64,000 nt of DNA from an uncultured delta proteobacterium. Its GTDB lineage: Bacteria > Desulfobacterota > Desulfobacteria > Desulfobacterales > Desulfosalsimonadaceae. Both the position numbers and the translations under genes were made by a program. The DNA is taken from NCBI GenBank assembly GCA_963826785.1, contig CAWGYD010000008.1, forward strand, positions 192,001-256,000. Reading direction: 5' to 3'. Under the pieces are notes generated by a model. That model saw only the letters and a program-made list of their open reading frames with translations. It was not told where the DNA came from and made no database searches. Shown here in pieces: positions 54,189 to 64,000 of the stretch (position 1 is the first letter of the stretch; every line of letters begins with the position of its first letter).

Positions 54189-54572
54189 TCAGTTGTCCGG
54201 ATACACGGTGGGCTTTTCCGGGTCTTTTGATTCACGGTCTGACTTTCTGCCGATGATGCAGGCATCGAGGATGCTGATGATCCAGCAGGCCACGATGAAA
54301 TAGAAGGCTGCCCGGACAAGGGTGCTCTCAGGGGATGCTACCGCCCGGGTGGCGGCATCGGTGATGGTTTGCATATCGATGATGCCGCCCTGGGCCTGGA
54401 TCTGCGAAAGCGCCCGGATGGCGATCTTTTGCCCCTCGTAGATCATGACCCCGAGACCGGCCGCCACCGCCAGGATCAGTGCGATTCCCCGGACGTAATG
54501 TTTGAGCACGATCTGGCCAAGACCGGGCAGCACCAGGCCGGATAACAGCATTCCTCTGACTGCTTTTGACAT
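54189..54572 (-). CDS. Small hypothetical membrane protein
   Basis: LLS..VLPGLGQ motif and TM helices. Confidence 0.6.
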   Translation of the reverse strand: MSKAVRGMLLSGLVLPGLGQIVLKHYVRGIALILAVAAGLGVMIYEGQKIAIRALSQIQAQGGIIDMQTITDAATRAVASPESTLVRAAFYFIVACWIISILDACIIGRKSDRESKDPEKPTVYPDN

Positions 54573-54633
54573 AAACAAACCTCGTTTGAAACTCGTTTGG
54601 AATTTAACCGGTTCCGGGGTAGCTTTCAGGTGC

Positions 54634-54666
54634 GACACCCCCCTGGCCCCCCTCAAGGGGGGGAAT
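54634..54666 (+). repeat. Single REP-like unit
   Basis: GACACCCCCCTGGCCCCCCTCAAGGGGGGGAAT. Confidence 0.65.
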
Positions 54667-54685
54667 CAAATATAGTTTAGCGTTG

Positions 54686-56362
54686 TCAGGTTGCCTGTTC
54701 GGGAAGCCCGGCCAGGGCGCAGGCGCAGGAGAGTTCCCCCTCTCCCCGGAGGCATGTCATTACGGCTTCTGCCAGATGTTCCCCCACCATGTTTTCCTCA
54801 TCGATGATCAGGTGGGCGCCCGCATTTTCCAGTTCCCGGTTGTGGATGTGATACCGGCTGCGGGCGATCACGGTGGAATCGGGGGCGAGCCGGCGGATGG
54901 CTTCAATGGTGAACCGGGCCGCCCGGGGATCGGGAACGGTGACCACCGCCAAACACGACGAAGACATCCCCGCATGCTCCAGCACTTCTTCCTTGCCTGC
55001 ATCTCCGATATGTACCGTAAGCCCCTTTTTCTGGGCCTGGCGTGCGGTGGTGGGCCGCATCTCGATCACCACCGGCGCCAGGCCGCCGTTTACCAGGGCA
55101 TCTGCCACCCGCTGGCCGGCAGGGCCGAACCCGATGATGAAAATGCGCCCCCCTTCCGGGGCGGCATGGCCATCTCCATGCAGGACCCCCATGGTTCCGC
55201 CGGCGATCTTCCCGATGATCATTTCGGCGATTCTCGGGGCGTAAGCGACCAGATAGGCGGACAAAAACAGGGAAACGATGGTGACCGACACGGTCCAGTC
55301 GAAGGTGTCGGCATCGATCAACCCCATGCTTTTGGCGCTGATGGCCAGCACAAACGAGAATTCCCCGATCTGGGCCAGGGTGATGCCGGTGGCCAGCGCC
55401 TGGACCCGGTCAAACTTGAAAAGCCGCACAATGACATAGATCACGATGATCTTGCCGATCATCATCAGCACCAGACCGCCGGCCACCCAGTGCAGATGAA
55501 ACATGAACCACTTCGGATTGGCCAGCAGGCCGATGGCGGTGAAAAACAGGGTGACGAACAGGGTGCGCAGGGAGCCGATATCCGCCCGGATCTGGGTGGA
55601 AAAGGGCGATTCCGCCAGCAGCATGCCGGCCAGAAAGGCCCCGAGGGCCGGAGACAATCCCACGGAGTGGGCCAGAAAAACAGAGCCCAGCGCAATCACG
55701 ATGGCCAGCAGGATGATCAGGTCGCGGCTGGTGTGCAGGGCATCGGACCTGAGAATGAAGGGGACCACGTGATAGAAGAGCACGTAGAAAAGCGCCGCCA
55801 GGCCCAGCGCGCCCAGGCCGGTCATGGCGATGGAGGTCCAGACCGCCTCTTTCGTGCCGCCCTGGCCGATCATAGTGACCATGATCACCAGCGGGATCAC
55901 CGAAATATCCTGCAGCAGCAAAATTCCCATGGCGTTTCTACCCCGGGCAGAATCGAGCGCCGACCGGTCCACCAGTACCCGCATGACCACGGCAGTGGAA
56001 GAAAGCGCCACCATCGCCCCCAGCGCCAGTGATTCGCCCAGGCTCCAGAAACGGGAAAATCCCCAGGCAAATATGGCCAGGGTGGAAGCCACCTGAAGGG
56101 TGCCGCCGATGACGGCAATGGCGCCCAGCCGTTTGAGCCGGCTGAAGGAAAACTCCAGGCCGATGGAAAACAACAGGAGGCTCACCCCGAGTTCCGCCAG
56201 CTGGAATACCGCATCGATGTTGAGCACCCAGGGGCCGATGGCCACGCCGGCCAGCAGGTATCCCACGATGGGGCTTTGCTTCAGCCGCTCGGCAACCAGC
56301 CCCAGGACAAACGCGCCGGTCAAAAGCAGCAGGATCTGGAGCAGCAGGGACCAGAATTCCAA
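54686..56362 (-). CDS. CPA2-family cation:proton antiporter with TrkA-N (Kef-like)
   Basis: GLEFS, LSSTA, QD, QIGEFSFV, GFGPAG. Confidence 0.9.
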   Translation of the reverse strand: MEFWSLLLQILLLLTGAFVLGLVAERLKQSPIVGYLLAGVAIGPWVLNIDAVFQLAELGVSLLLFSIGLEFSFSRLKRLGAIAVIGGTLQVASTLAIFAWGFSRFWSLGESLALGAMVALSSTAVVMRVLVDRSALDSARGRNAMGILLLQDISVIPLVIMVTMIGQGGTKEAVWTSIAMTGLGALGLAALFYVLFYHVVPFILRSDALHTSRDLIILLAIVIALGSVFLAHSVGLSPALGAFLAGMLLAESPFSTQIRADIGSLRTLFVTLFFTAIGLLANPKWFMFHLHWVAGGLVLMMIGKIIVIYVIVRLFKFDRVQALATGITLAQIGEFSFVLAISAKSMGLIDADTFDWTVSVTIVSLFLSAYLVAYAPRIAEMIIGKIAGGTMGVLHGDGHAAPEGGRIFIIGFGPAGQRVADALVNGGLAPVVIEMRPTTARQAQKKGLTVHIGDAGKEEVLEHAGMSSSCLAVVTVPDPRAARFTIEAIRRLAPDSTVIARSRYHIHNRELENAGAHLIIDEENMVGEHLAEAVMTCLRGEGELSCACALAGLPEQAT

Positions 56363-56364
56363 AT

Positions 56365-57156
56365 TTATCCTCCGATGATTTTCAGTGACTCCGGAATTTT
56401 CACCACCGGTACGGGGTCCATCTTGTGACGGTTGGCGGCGTGCAGTTTCCGAAAAAGCATCAGCACCTCATGCTGACGGGGGCTCAGGGCGGATTCATTG
56501 CCCCCGGCGGCCTCAAACGTCATGGCCCATTCCAGTTCGTCATAGGTGGCGCCCAGCTGATCTTCGTCGGAGCGGTTGTCATGCCAGAGCCCATCGGTGG
56601 GCGGCGCGCTGATGATCCCCTCGATGATGCCCAGGGACCGGCCCAGGGCGTACACCTCGGATTTCATCAGGTCCCCGATGGGAAGCAGGTCCACGCCGCC
56701 GTCGCCGTATTTGGTGTAGAACCCCACCCCGAAATCCTCCACCTTGTTGCCGGTACCGGCCACGAGCAGGTTGTGATGGCCGGAGAACGCATACAGGGTG
56801 AGCATTCGAAGCCGGGCGCGGGTATTGGCCATGGTGAGGTGATCCTGGAGTTCGGCGGGGATTGTCTGGTGGATGGCATCAAATACGGGGGATAAATCCA
56901 CTTCGACGCCCTTTACCCCCGGATAATTGGACTCCAGCCATTTGATATGCCGGCTGGAAAGCAAAAACTGGTCCTTGGCCTGGTAGATGGGCATATTCAG
57001 GACATAGACCGGCCTGCCCGTCCTGGCGCAAAGGGTGGAGGTGACCGCCGAATCGATGCCGCCGGAAACCCCGGCCACAAATCCCCGCATGGCGGAATGT
57101 TCGCAGTAGGTATTGAGCCAATCCACAATGTAGTCGATTACGTTTTCCGTTTGCAT
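56365..57156 (-). CDS. nadE: NH3-dependent NAD+ synthetase
   Basis: SGGIDS, N..ARLRM, GTGN, TKYGDG. Confidence 0.95.
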   Translation of the reverse strand: MQTENVIDYIVDWLNTYCEHSAMRGFVAGVSGGIDSAVTSTLCARTGRPVYVLNMPIYQAKDQFLLSSRHIKWLESNYPGVKGVEVDLSPVFDAIHQTIPAELQDHLTMANTRARLRMLTLYAFSGHHNLLVAGTGNKVEDFGVGFYTKYGDGGVDLLPIGDLMKSEVYALGRSLGIIEGIISAPPTDGLWHDNRSDEDQLGATYDELEWAMTFEAAGGNESALSPRQHEVLMLFRKLHAANRHKMDPVPVVKIPESLKIIGG

Positions 57157-57204
57157 AGTTTTTCCCCTATGACCCCTTTAGTTCTCGTGGCGAGTTCCTT
57201 GAAA

Positions 57205-57590
57205 GTCCCCCCCGGCAATGTTTTTGCAGTAATGAACTTTCGCATCCAAACGGCCGTCGCCGGTACACCCCCCTTTAATTCCCCCCTCAAGGGGGGATTA
57301 GGCCTTGAAATTAAGATCAAATCCCCCCATTGAGGGTCCTATTGAGGAGGGACTCTTTTTTATTTCCCCCCTGCGAAGGGGGGACTCCTTTTTATTCCCC
57401 CCCCCTGCGAAAAGGGACTCCTTTTTTATCCCCCCCTGCGAAGGGGGACTCCTTTTTTTATTCCCCCCCTGCGAAGGGGGACTCCTTTTTTATTCCCCCC
57501 TCGAGGGGGGTCAGGGGGGTGTACGGACCTGCGGAAACAAAGAATGAAATTAATTAAACCACTTGCCGAGTAAGTTCTTTAAAAGCTCGA
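57205..57590 (+). repeat. Composite dispersed repeat with about 4-5 tandem ~30-bp hairpins (CCCCCCTGCGAAGGGGGACTCCTTTTTTATT)
   Basis: Direct reading; arms shared with 27020-27540 and 42685-42950. Confidence 0.8.
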
Positions 57591-57945
57591 ATCTCTTCGC
57601 CCATATGCAAAGACCGCAAAGGTATGTGTTTGCAAGTCAATCCTAACCCGTACGGCCTTGTCGCGCAACCTCCGCATTAAACCGTGTATACGCCATTTTA
57701 AATCATTTTGCCATTCCATTTCATGTTCAGCGCCAACAGCGTTGGCTGCGCCATCAGCTTCCCGATGTACTTTCCTGTGGGCTTTATCGCCCCTTCCTGC
57801 CGCCGGGGACCTATATGCAAATATACAATTTGGTAATTTTTAGTTATTTTTAGTAATTAATTTCTAATTATTTGACATAAAATATCACTTTAAGATAATT
57901 ATTAACTTCTTTTAACTTTTATGCCTCCCCTGGAGAAAAAAAACG

Positions 57946-59247
57946 ATGAACTGTTTGAATTGGCGAAGCGCAATCATGGCTCTTCTTTTATGCCTTCTTC
58001 TGGTCCCCTCCCCTGCTGTTTTTGCGCAAGCCCAGACCGCCGGAAACGTATTGAACATCAATCTGGCCACCCCGCTGTCGGATGAAGCGATCACCTTTGT
58101 CCTGGGGGGCGTATTCCAGACCGATTACCGTTACTATATGAACGAAAACCAGGACGACAACCGCTTTTTGATCCGGCGGGCGCAGCTGGAACTGACCGGG
58201 TATGTCCGATCCTGGCTGAAGCTCAATCTGGAATACGAATTCAAAAACGACGTAAACGATCACCTGATGGACACCTTTGCGGAAATCGAGTTTAATAATC
58301 AGGCCCTGCGCATCGGTCATTTCAAGAAACCCTTCGGCCTGGAATGGCAGACTCCGGAATCCGCCATCTTTTTTGCCGAACGATCCATGGGCTATTATCT
58401 CACCCCTCACCGGGATGTGGGACTCGCTCTGGGGGGATCGCTTTTAGACGAGCACCTGTTCTATGCAGGCGGCCTGTTCAACGCCGAAGGCGAAAACGTA
58501 ACCAACCGGGGCGACGGCAACGATGATCCCGAGGCGCTTGCACGGATTGTCGCTGCCCCATTTTCCGGCATGGATGCGGACTGGCTCCGGCAGCTGCAGT
58601 TTGGCGGATCGGCATCCTGGGCCCGCATCAATCTGTCCAACCTGGATGTCGAGGTCAAAACCACCGGAATGGTGGGAACGAGCCGAAATATTTTCGTGCT
58701 CTCCCACGACACCAAATTCGGCGTACTCCAGGAGGCGGACAAACGCCTTCGGTATGGCGCCGAGGCGGCCTGGGCCTATGCCTCCCTTGCCCTGCAGGCG
58801 GAATTTATCCATTTGACCTATACGGACCTGAAGCCGGCTACCGGCCCGGCCCGGGACGCGGATTTTTCCAACTGGTATGCCAGTGCGATCTATTTTCCCA
58901 CCGGTGAAGCGCTCGAATTTGTCCGGTCGGTCCCCGAAAGGGTTGTCCCCCTGAGGCCCTTTAACCCCTCCGTCGGCGGATGGGGCGCTCTGGGGCTTGC
59001 GCTCCGGTATTCTCATTTCAATGGAGATGAGGACTGGATTCAGCCGGGCACCTATGTCTCGGTGGCAGATGCGGATGCATGGAGTCTGGCGATCAACTGG
59101 ATCCTGCTGCCCATGCACCGCATCGTGCTTGACTACACCCATACGGACCTGTCCGACCCCATCCGGGTGCGGGTTCACCCGGACGGATCGGTGGATTACA
59201 TCAACGATGAAGAGGTGCTGGTGCTCCGATATTCAATCGATTTCTGA
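57946..59247 (+). CDS. Outer-membrane porin (OprO/OprP-like anion-selective)
   Basis: Signal peptide, IRRAQL, G.FKKPFGLE, ERS, RDVG; C-terminal Phe. Confidence 0.8.
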   Translation: MNCLNWRSAIMALLLCLLLVPSPAVFAQAQTAGNVLNINLATPLSDEAITFVLGGVFQTDYRYYMNENQDDNRFLIRRAQLELTGYVRSWLKLNLEYEFKNDVNDHLMDTFAEIEFNNQALRIGHFKKPFGLEWQTPESAIFFAERSMGYYLTPHRDVGLALGGSLLDEHLFYAGGLFNAEGENVTNRGDGNDDPEALARIVAAPFSGMDADWLRQLQFGGSASWARINLSNLDVEVKTTGMVGTSRNIFVLSHDTKFGVLQEADKRLRYGAEAAWAYASLALQAEFIHLTYTDLKPATGPARDADFSNWYASAIYFPTGEALEFVRSVPERVVPLRPFNPSVGGWGALGLALRYSHFNGDEDWIQPGTYVSVADADAWSLAINWILLPMHRIVLDYTHTDLSDPIRVRVHPDGSVDYINDEEVLVLRYSIDF

Positions 59248-59272
59248 AATCATCTAATAATCAAAAGGAGGA

Positions 59273-61009
59273 ATGATGAAAACCCGAAAATTAATCGGAT
59301 TATTGACGGCGGTGCTGTTATCCATGGCTGCCGTGGCTTATGCCGCCTATCACCACGAAGGGGAAATGGATGCGAACAAGTTTTTAGCCGCCTACCCGGA
59401 TACTGCGGGGACCAAACTGGACCACTGTGCCTTGTGCCACGGCGGCGGGGAATATGAAAGCAAGGGGAAAATGGTTTCCCTGGGCAGCTGCCAGTGGTGC
59501 CACTACGCTTACGGATATGACGGCGCCGGTGAGATCGAGGAGACCATCAACGCATACGGCGCCGCCTACAAGGCCGCCGGCCGGAATGCGGCTGCAGTGG
59601 CCTCCATCGATGCCCTGGATTCAGACAACGATGGATACACCAATGCGGAAGAAATCGCGGCCATGACATTTCCGGGCAGCGCCGGCGATCATCCGGGACT
59701 CGGCCAGGCCCCCTACCGCATCTACACCCGGGCGCAGCTCGAGGCCATGGATCAGCATACCCAGTTTCTGCTCATGAGCGGTTCGCGTTCCGATGACGAT
59801 TACACCGAATATACCGGCGTGCCCATGAAAGATCTGTTAGACGATGCCGGCATCACGGAATCGGCCACGGGGATCACGGTATTCGCCCCGGACGGATGGG
59901 CGCAGTACCATCCCCTATATTATGATGAAGATCCCGAACTGTACCACGTCTACGGCAACATGCCGGGCGCCGCATACCAGTATCCGCCCGCAAATTTTTA
60001 CTATAACCAGGAGGCGGACCTGAGCCTGAACCCGGATTACGGATGGGCCAACTACAGCGCCCCGTCCTGCGCCGGGCGGTCCAACGGCGACGCCATCAAT
60101 GTGGACGGCGGCCTGAAAGCGCTACTGGCCATCACCCGGGAGGGGACCTACCTCGATCCGGGGGTATTGTCCACTGAAAACAAGCTCGACGGCGAAGGCC
60201 CGTTCCGGGTGGTGGTTCCCCAGAAAACAGCCACCCCCCCGGACCAGTCCAGCCGGGCCGATGAGCAGGAGGTGGTCTGGCCGTATGAAAATGACTGGGA
60301 CCACAACGCCGGGTCCTGTTCACGCTCGGCGACCATCATCCGGGTAGAGCCCATGCCCGAAGGCACCACTGATATCGATATCCTGGAAGCCGGCTGGAAT
60401 TACGTGGACCAGGAGAAGGTCATCCTCTATGGGGCCATCGACGGAACCGACTCCAACGGAAACGGCGTACTGGACAGCGAAGAAAAGATCGATGATCAGA
60501 GTGATAATGACAATGACGGCACCCCTGACTATATGGATACGGATACCGCGCGGGTGCGCGAGGCCACCGGCGGGGGAACGATCCTGATTCACTGCGACAA
60601 AGGCGACCTGGTGCAGGTGGCGGCTTTCGGAGCAGATGACCCCGCAGTCAGCGAAACCGGTAAACCGGCCATCGCGTTTCCCCATGGCGCCCTGCGCTTC
60701 AACATTACCGGCATCACCCCCGGCGCTTTTGTGGATGTGAAAATCGAGTTCCCGGAAGATGTCCCCAAAGATGCCGAACTTTATAAAATTACCGATGCCG
60801 GCTGGCAGAAGCTGGATTTTGGCAGCAACAACGGAGATGCAACCATCACGGTCAGACTGACCGACGGCGACCCGGCTACGGATGCCGACGGCATGGTCAA
60901 CGGCATCATCGTGGACCCGAGCGCCCTGGGTGTGCCGGAAGGTTCCGGCAACGAGAATGGGGGCGGCGATGATGGCGGGACATGCTTCATCATGACCGTT
61001 TTAAAATAG
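59273..61009 (+). CDS. Secreted diheme c-type protein (GEGP motif) with Mo-co-oxidoreductase-like domain and C-terminal GG..CFI sorting tail
   Basis: CALCH, CQWCH; YTGVPMKDLLDDAG..APDG; DGEGPFRVVVP; DxDxDG repeats; GGGDDGGTCFI. Confidence 0.75.
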   Translation: MMKTRKLIGLLTAVLLSMAAVAYAAYHHEGEMDANKFLAAYPDTAGTKLDHCALCHGGGEYESKGKMVSLGSCQWCHYAYGYDGAGEIEETINAYGAAYKAAGRNAAAVASIDALDSDNDGYTNAEEIAAMTFPGSAGDHPGLGQAPYRIYTRAQLEAMDQHTQFLLMSGSRSDDDYTEYTGVPMKDLLDDAGITESATGITVFAPDGWAQYHPLYYDEDPELYHVYGNMPGAAYQYPPANFYYNQEADLSLNPDYGWANYSAPSCAGRSNGDAINVDGGLKALLAITREGTYLDPGVLSTENKLDGEGPFRVVVPQKTATPPDQSSRADEQEVVWPYENDWDHNAGSCSRSATIIRVEPMPEGTTDIDILEAGWNYVDQEKVILYGAIDGTDSNGNGVLDSEEKIDDQSDNDNDGTPDYMDTDTARVREATGGGTILIHCDKGDLVQVAAFGADDPAVSETGKPAIAFPHGALRFNITGITPGAFVDVKIEFPEDVPKDAELYKITDAGWQKLDFGSNNGDATITVRLTDGDPATDADGMVNGIIVDPSALGVPEGSGNENGGGDDGGTCFIMTVLK

Positions 61010-61128
61010 GAAAAATAACATCTTAAACGGATTGACGGCTTTACGCGCAATCGATATAACCGGGGGCATTGTGAGCGCAATCGCATGCCCCCTTACTTTC
61101 AACGATGATTCGTTGCGGAGAAATACGT

Positions 61129-62021
61129 ATGAAGCGCCATTTTCAAGTTTTGATGATCCTGCTGGTCATTCTTTGCTGAGCGGAATCGCTTCTGCCGAAG
61201 ACAAGGTCATCAAGATGTCCACCACCACCAGCACCCGGGATTCGGGGCTGCTGGATGTTTTGCTGCCGGCATTTGAAAAAGACACCGGCATTCAGGTCAA
61301 AGTGATCGCCAAGGGGACCGGCGCGGCCATCCGCGACGGCATGGACGGCAACGTGGACATCATCTTTGTTCACGCGAAAGACCGCGAGGAGAAGTTCGTG
61401 GCCGATGGCTACGGAACGAAACGATATGCCGTCATGCACAATGACTTTGTCATCGCGGGCCCCCCTTCCGATCCCGCCGGGATCGAAGGCATGCGAAATG
61501 CGGCCGGCGCATTTGAAAAGATTGCGGCAAAAGAGGCGACTTTTATTTCCCGGGGCGATGATTCCGGCACCCACACCAAGGAGCAGGATATCTGGAAGCA
61601 GAGCCATGTGCCGCTTGAAACCAAGACCACTGAGTTGGTCAAGGACGGAAAGGTCAGCCGCATTTCTTTTGTTTTTCCCAAAGACTCCCGGAACTGGTAC
61701 CTGTCCATCGGCCAGGGAATGGGGACGACCCTGACCATGGCGGCGGAGAAGCAGGCGTATGCCCTGACGGATCGGGGGACCTTCCTGGAATACAAGCTGG
61801 GCCGGAAAATGGGTCTCGATCTGGACATCCTGTGTGAAAAGGATCCCCTGTTGAACAATCCGTACGGCCTGATACCGGTCAACCCCGAAAAATTTCCGCA
61901 TGTCCGGTACGAACTGGCCCGGCAGTTTGCCGACTGGATGATGTCCGGAAAAGCCCAATCCATGATCGCCGATTATAAAGTTCAGGGAAAGCCGCTTTTT
62001 TATCCGGATGCGATGAAATAA
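61129..62021 (+). CDS. tupA: Tungstate ABC transporter substrate-binding protein; signal peptide frameshifted near 61172
   Basis: STTTS..DSGLL, GTG.A, SRGDDSGT, NPY; GGAG RBS and ATG 61129 give MKRHFQVLMILLVIL. Confidence 0.88.
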
Positions 62022-62075
62022 CAGCGTTTTCGGTACCTATCTGAAGCGAAGACGCAAAGAGGGGCATAACATCCC

Positions 62076-62774
62076 ATGTTCATCGACGGACTTTTATCCG
62101 CTTTCCAGCTGATTTTCTCACTGGATGCCGAGCTGCTCGAAATCGTATGGGTGTCGCTGAAGGTCAGTTTCAGCGCCACCCTGATTTCCGCTGCTTTGGG
62201 AATTCCTGCGGCCTTTGCCATCTTCATCCGAAAATTTTTCCTCAAACGGGCGCTCATCACCCTTTTAAACACCCTGCTGGCGCTCCCCACCGTGGTCATC
62301 GGCCTGTTCGTGTACGCATTTATCTCCAGAAAAGGCATTCTCGGCTCGTTTGATCTGCTCTATACCCAGCAGGCCATCATCATCGGCCAGGTCATCCTGA
62401 TCTTTCCCATTGTCACCTCGTTTACCCTGTCCGCCCTGAGCCGGATCGATCCCCGCTACCTAAAAACCGCCCTGACCCTGGGGGCCAACCGCTACCAGGC
62501 CTCCCTGGTGCTGATGCGGGAGGCGCGGTTTGCCATCATGGCCGCCGTTGTGGCCGCATTCGGACGGGTGATCTCCGAGATCGGCATCAGCATGATGCTG
62601 GGGGGAAACATCCGGGGGTTCACCCGGACCATGACCACGGCCATGGCCCTGCAGTACGACAAAGGGGAATTTATCCTCGCATTCGCCCTGGGCATCGTCC
62701 TTTTGGCCATCTGCCTGCTGGTCAATATCGCCCTCAACCATTTCCAGGGCCAGATGCCGGATCAATCGGCTTAG
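62076..62774 (+). CDS. tupB: Tungstate ABC transporter permease
   Basis: LPTVVIGL, FGRVISEIG, GGNIRGFTRTMTTA. Confidence 0.9.
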   Translation: MFIDGLLSAFQLIFSLDAELLEIVWVSLKVSFSATLISAALGIPAAFAIFIRKFFLKRALITLLNTLLALPTVVIGLFVYAFISRKGILGSFDLLYTQQAIIIGQVILIFPIVTSFTLSALSRIDPRYLKTALTLGANRYQASLVLMREARFAIMAAVVAAFGRVISEIGISMMLGGNIRGFTRTMTTAMALQYDKGEFILAFALGIVLLAICLLVNIALNHFQGQMPDQSA

Positions 62775-62862
62775 ATTTGCCCTTTCCCCGCCCTTTCCCA
62801 TCCGGTTATTGACCCTTTGCGCATAACCCGCTATATTCGCCTATATTTTTTCGGGAGGAAAC

Positions 62863-63777
62863 ATGAAAAAGCTGCTGTCCACAAGGGAAGTTGCCGAATT
62901 TCTGGGGGTGAATGAAAAGATGGTCTATACCCTGGTCTCTGAAAAGGGGCTTCCCGCATCTAAAATCACCGGCAAATGGGTTTTTCCGCTGCACCTGGTG
63001 GAGCAGTGGGTGGAGACCAACACCATCAATTACCCCGAAGCCGTGACCGAACTTCCCCCCTATGAGGGTGTGCTGATCATCGCCGGCAGCAACGATCTTC
63101 TGCTGGAAAAAACCATTTCCCTGTTCAACCGGATGTTTTCCGGGAACATCGCCGTATTCGGCAACCTGGGCAGCATGGGCGGCCTGCGGGCGCTTCGCCG
63201 GAATTTATGTCATATGGCCCCCTCCCACCTGCTTCAGGAGGAAGAAGACGATTACAATTTTGATTTCGCCGGCCAGGAACTGGACCGGATGCCGGTGATC
63301 GTCAATTTCTGTCGCAGGGAACAGGGATTTATGATCCCCAAGCAAAATCCGCAGAATATAAAAAGCGTCTCCGACTTGGCCCGGAAAGAGATCCGGGTGG
63401 TGAACCGGGCGCCCGGTACCGGCACCCGCCTGTTGTTTGACCGGGAACTGGGCAAGGCGGGAATCAAACCCGGCAGCATCGCCGGATACGACCACGAGGT
63501 CAACAGCCACCTGGAAGTCGGGTTGGAGGTCTTGACGGGAAAGGCGGATGCGGGGCCCGGCATCCGGGGCGTGGCATCCCTGCTGGGGCTGGAATTCGTC
63601 CCCCTGCGCTGGGAACGCTACGACCTGCTCATCACCAAAGAACGCTTCTTCGACAAAGGGATCCAGTATTTTCTGGGACTGCTCCATGACGCGCAATTCA
63701 AAGAACTGGCCGGCCACTTTACCGGATACGATATTTCCGCGAGCGGAAAGATCGTCTACCCCAGGGAAGCCGAATGA
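62863..63777 (+). CDS. Excisionase-type HTH + periplasmic-binding-fold regulator (TaoR-like, Mo/W responsive)
   Basis: LLSTREVAEFL HTH_17; GSND, GSMGGL, NR..GTGTR, ERYDL. Confidence 0.8.
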   Translation: MKKLLSTREVAEFLGVNEKMVYTLVSEKGLPASKITGKWVFPLHLVEQWVETNTINYPEAVTELPPYEGVLIIAGSNDLLLEKTISLFNRMFSGNIAVFGNLGSMGGLRALRRNLCHMAPSHLLQEEEDDYNFDFAGQELDRMPVIVNFCRREQGFMIPKQNPQNIKSVSDLARKEIRVVNRAPGTGTRLLFDRELGKAGIKPGSIAGYDHEVNSHLEVGLEVLTGKADAGPGIRGVASLLGLEFVPLRWERYDLLITKERFFDKGIQYFLGLLHDAQFKELAGHFTGYDISASGKIVYPREAE

Positions 63778-64000
63778 AGGCAAACGATTCTTTCAACCCG
63801 CACGTCCTGTTGAGAAACCGGCATGTACAGAGCATCATCAACAGCCTCCCCCTCCGGCGGCCTCTGGTGGCGCGGCGGGCCAGAAAGATGCTTTGCGCTT
63901 CCAAGCCGCACATCATCGATGCCGGCGAGGGCATACGCCTGCAGGGATACTATGCCGCACACCCGGAAAAACAGACAAAAGGCCTGTGCATATTGATTCA
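63774..64000 (+). CDS. Alpha/beta hydrolase (YheT-like), partial; runs off the window
   Basis: MKANDSFNPHVLLRNRHVQSI...GLCILIH. Confidence 0.65.
   Translation, partial: MKANDSFNPHVLLRNRHVQSIINSLPLRRPLVARRARKMLCASKPHIIDAGEGIRLQGYYAAHPEKQTKGLCILI

Noticed and set aside
54683..56032. Long antisense ORFs (also 42936-44516, 4896-6020, 39694-40791)
   Set aside because: Shadow frames of well-supported genes on the opposite strand in GC-rich DNA
27638..56362. Three cation/proton antiporters as one system
   Set aside because: Different families, dispersed and not co-transcribed
57340..57523. ~30-bp palindromic repeats (also 12551-12779, 27280-27420) as CRISPR arrays
   Set aside because: Units are directly tandem with no unique spacers, and no cas genes are present
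1..64000. tRNA, rRNA or riboswitch genes
   Set aside because: None recognised by eye; a covariance-model scan would be needed to exclude them

Overview
About 64 kb of a moderately GC-rich bacterial chromosome. Gene content suggests a Desulfobacterales-like anaerobe, which is an inference. Left to right: D-Ala-D-Ala carboxypeptidase; a NarL-type two-component locus with two receiver-only paralogs flanking a very large secreted multicopper oxidase; periplasmic MsrAB; a TetR-led operon with a glycyl-radical activase, an unusually long (~1000 aa) glycyl-radical enzyme carrying an N-terminal SCP2-like domain, and a Tat DUF362 lipoprotein; an intact IS (17230-19117); and a chromosomal integron. The integron's integrase is truncated and abuts lexA, and its AT-richer cassette array includes a Shedu-like nuclease, a NucS-like nuclease and an OXA-like fragment. 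After the integron come antiporters, an SGNH lipase with a foldase-like partner, catabolic and efflux genes, a SNF2 helicase, nadE, and a porin / diheme protein / TupAB / TaoR-like tungstate-molybdate cluster. Intergenic DNA holds two MITEs with target-site duplications and a dispersed family of hairpin-array repeats. Many genes carry single frameshifts, most likely sequencing indels. All product calls come from motif recognition, not database searches.
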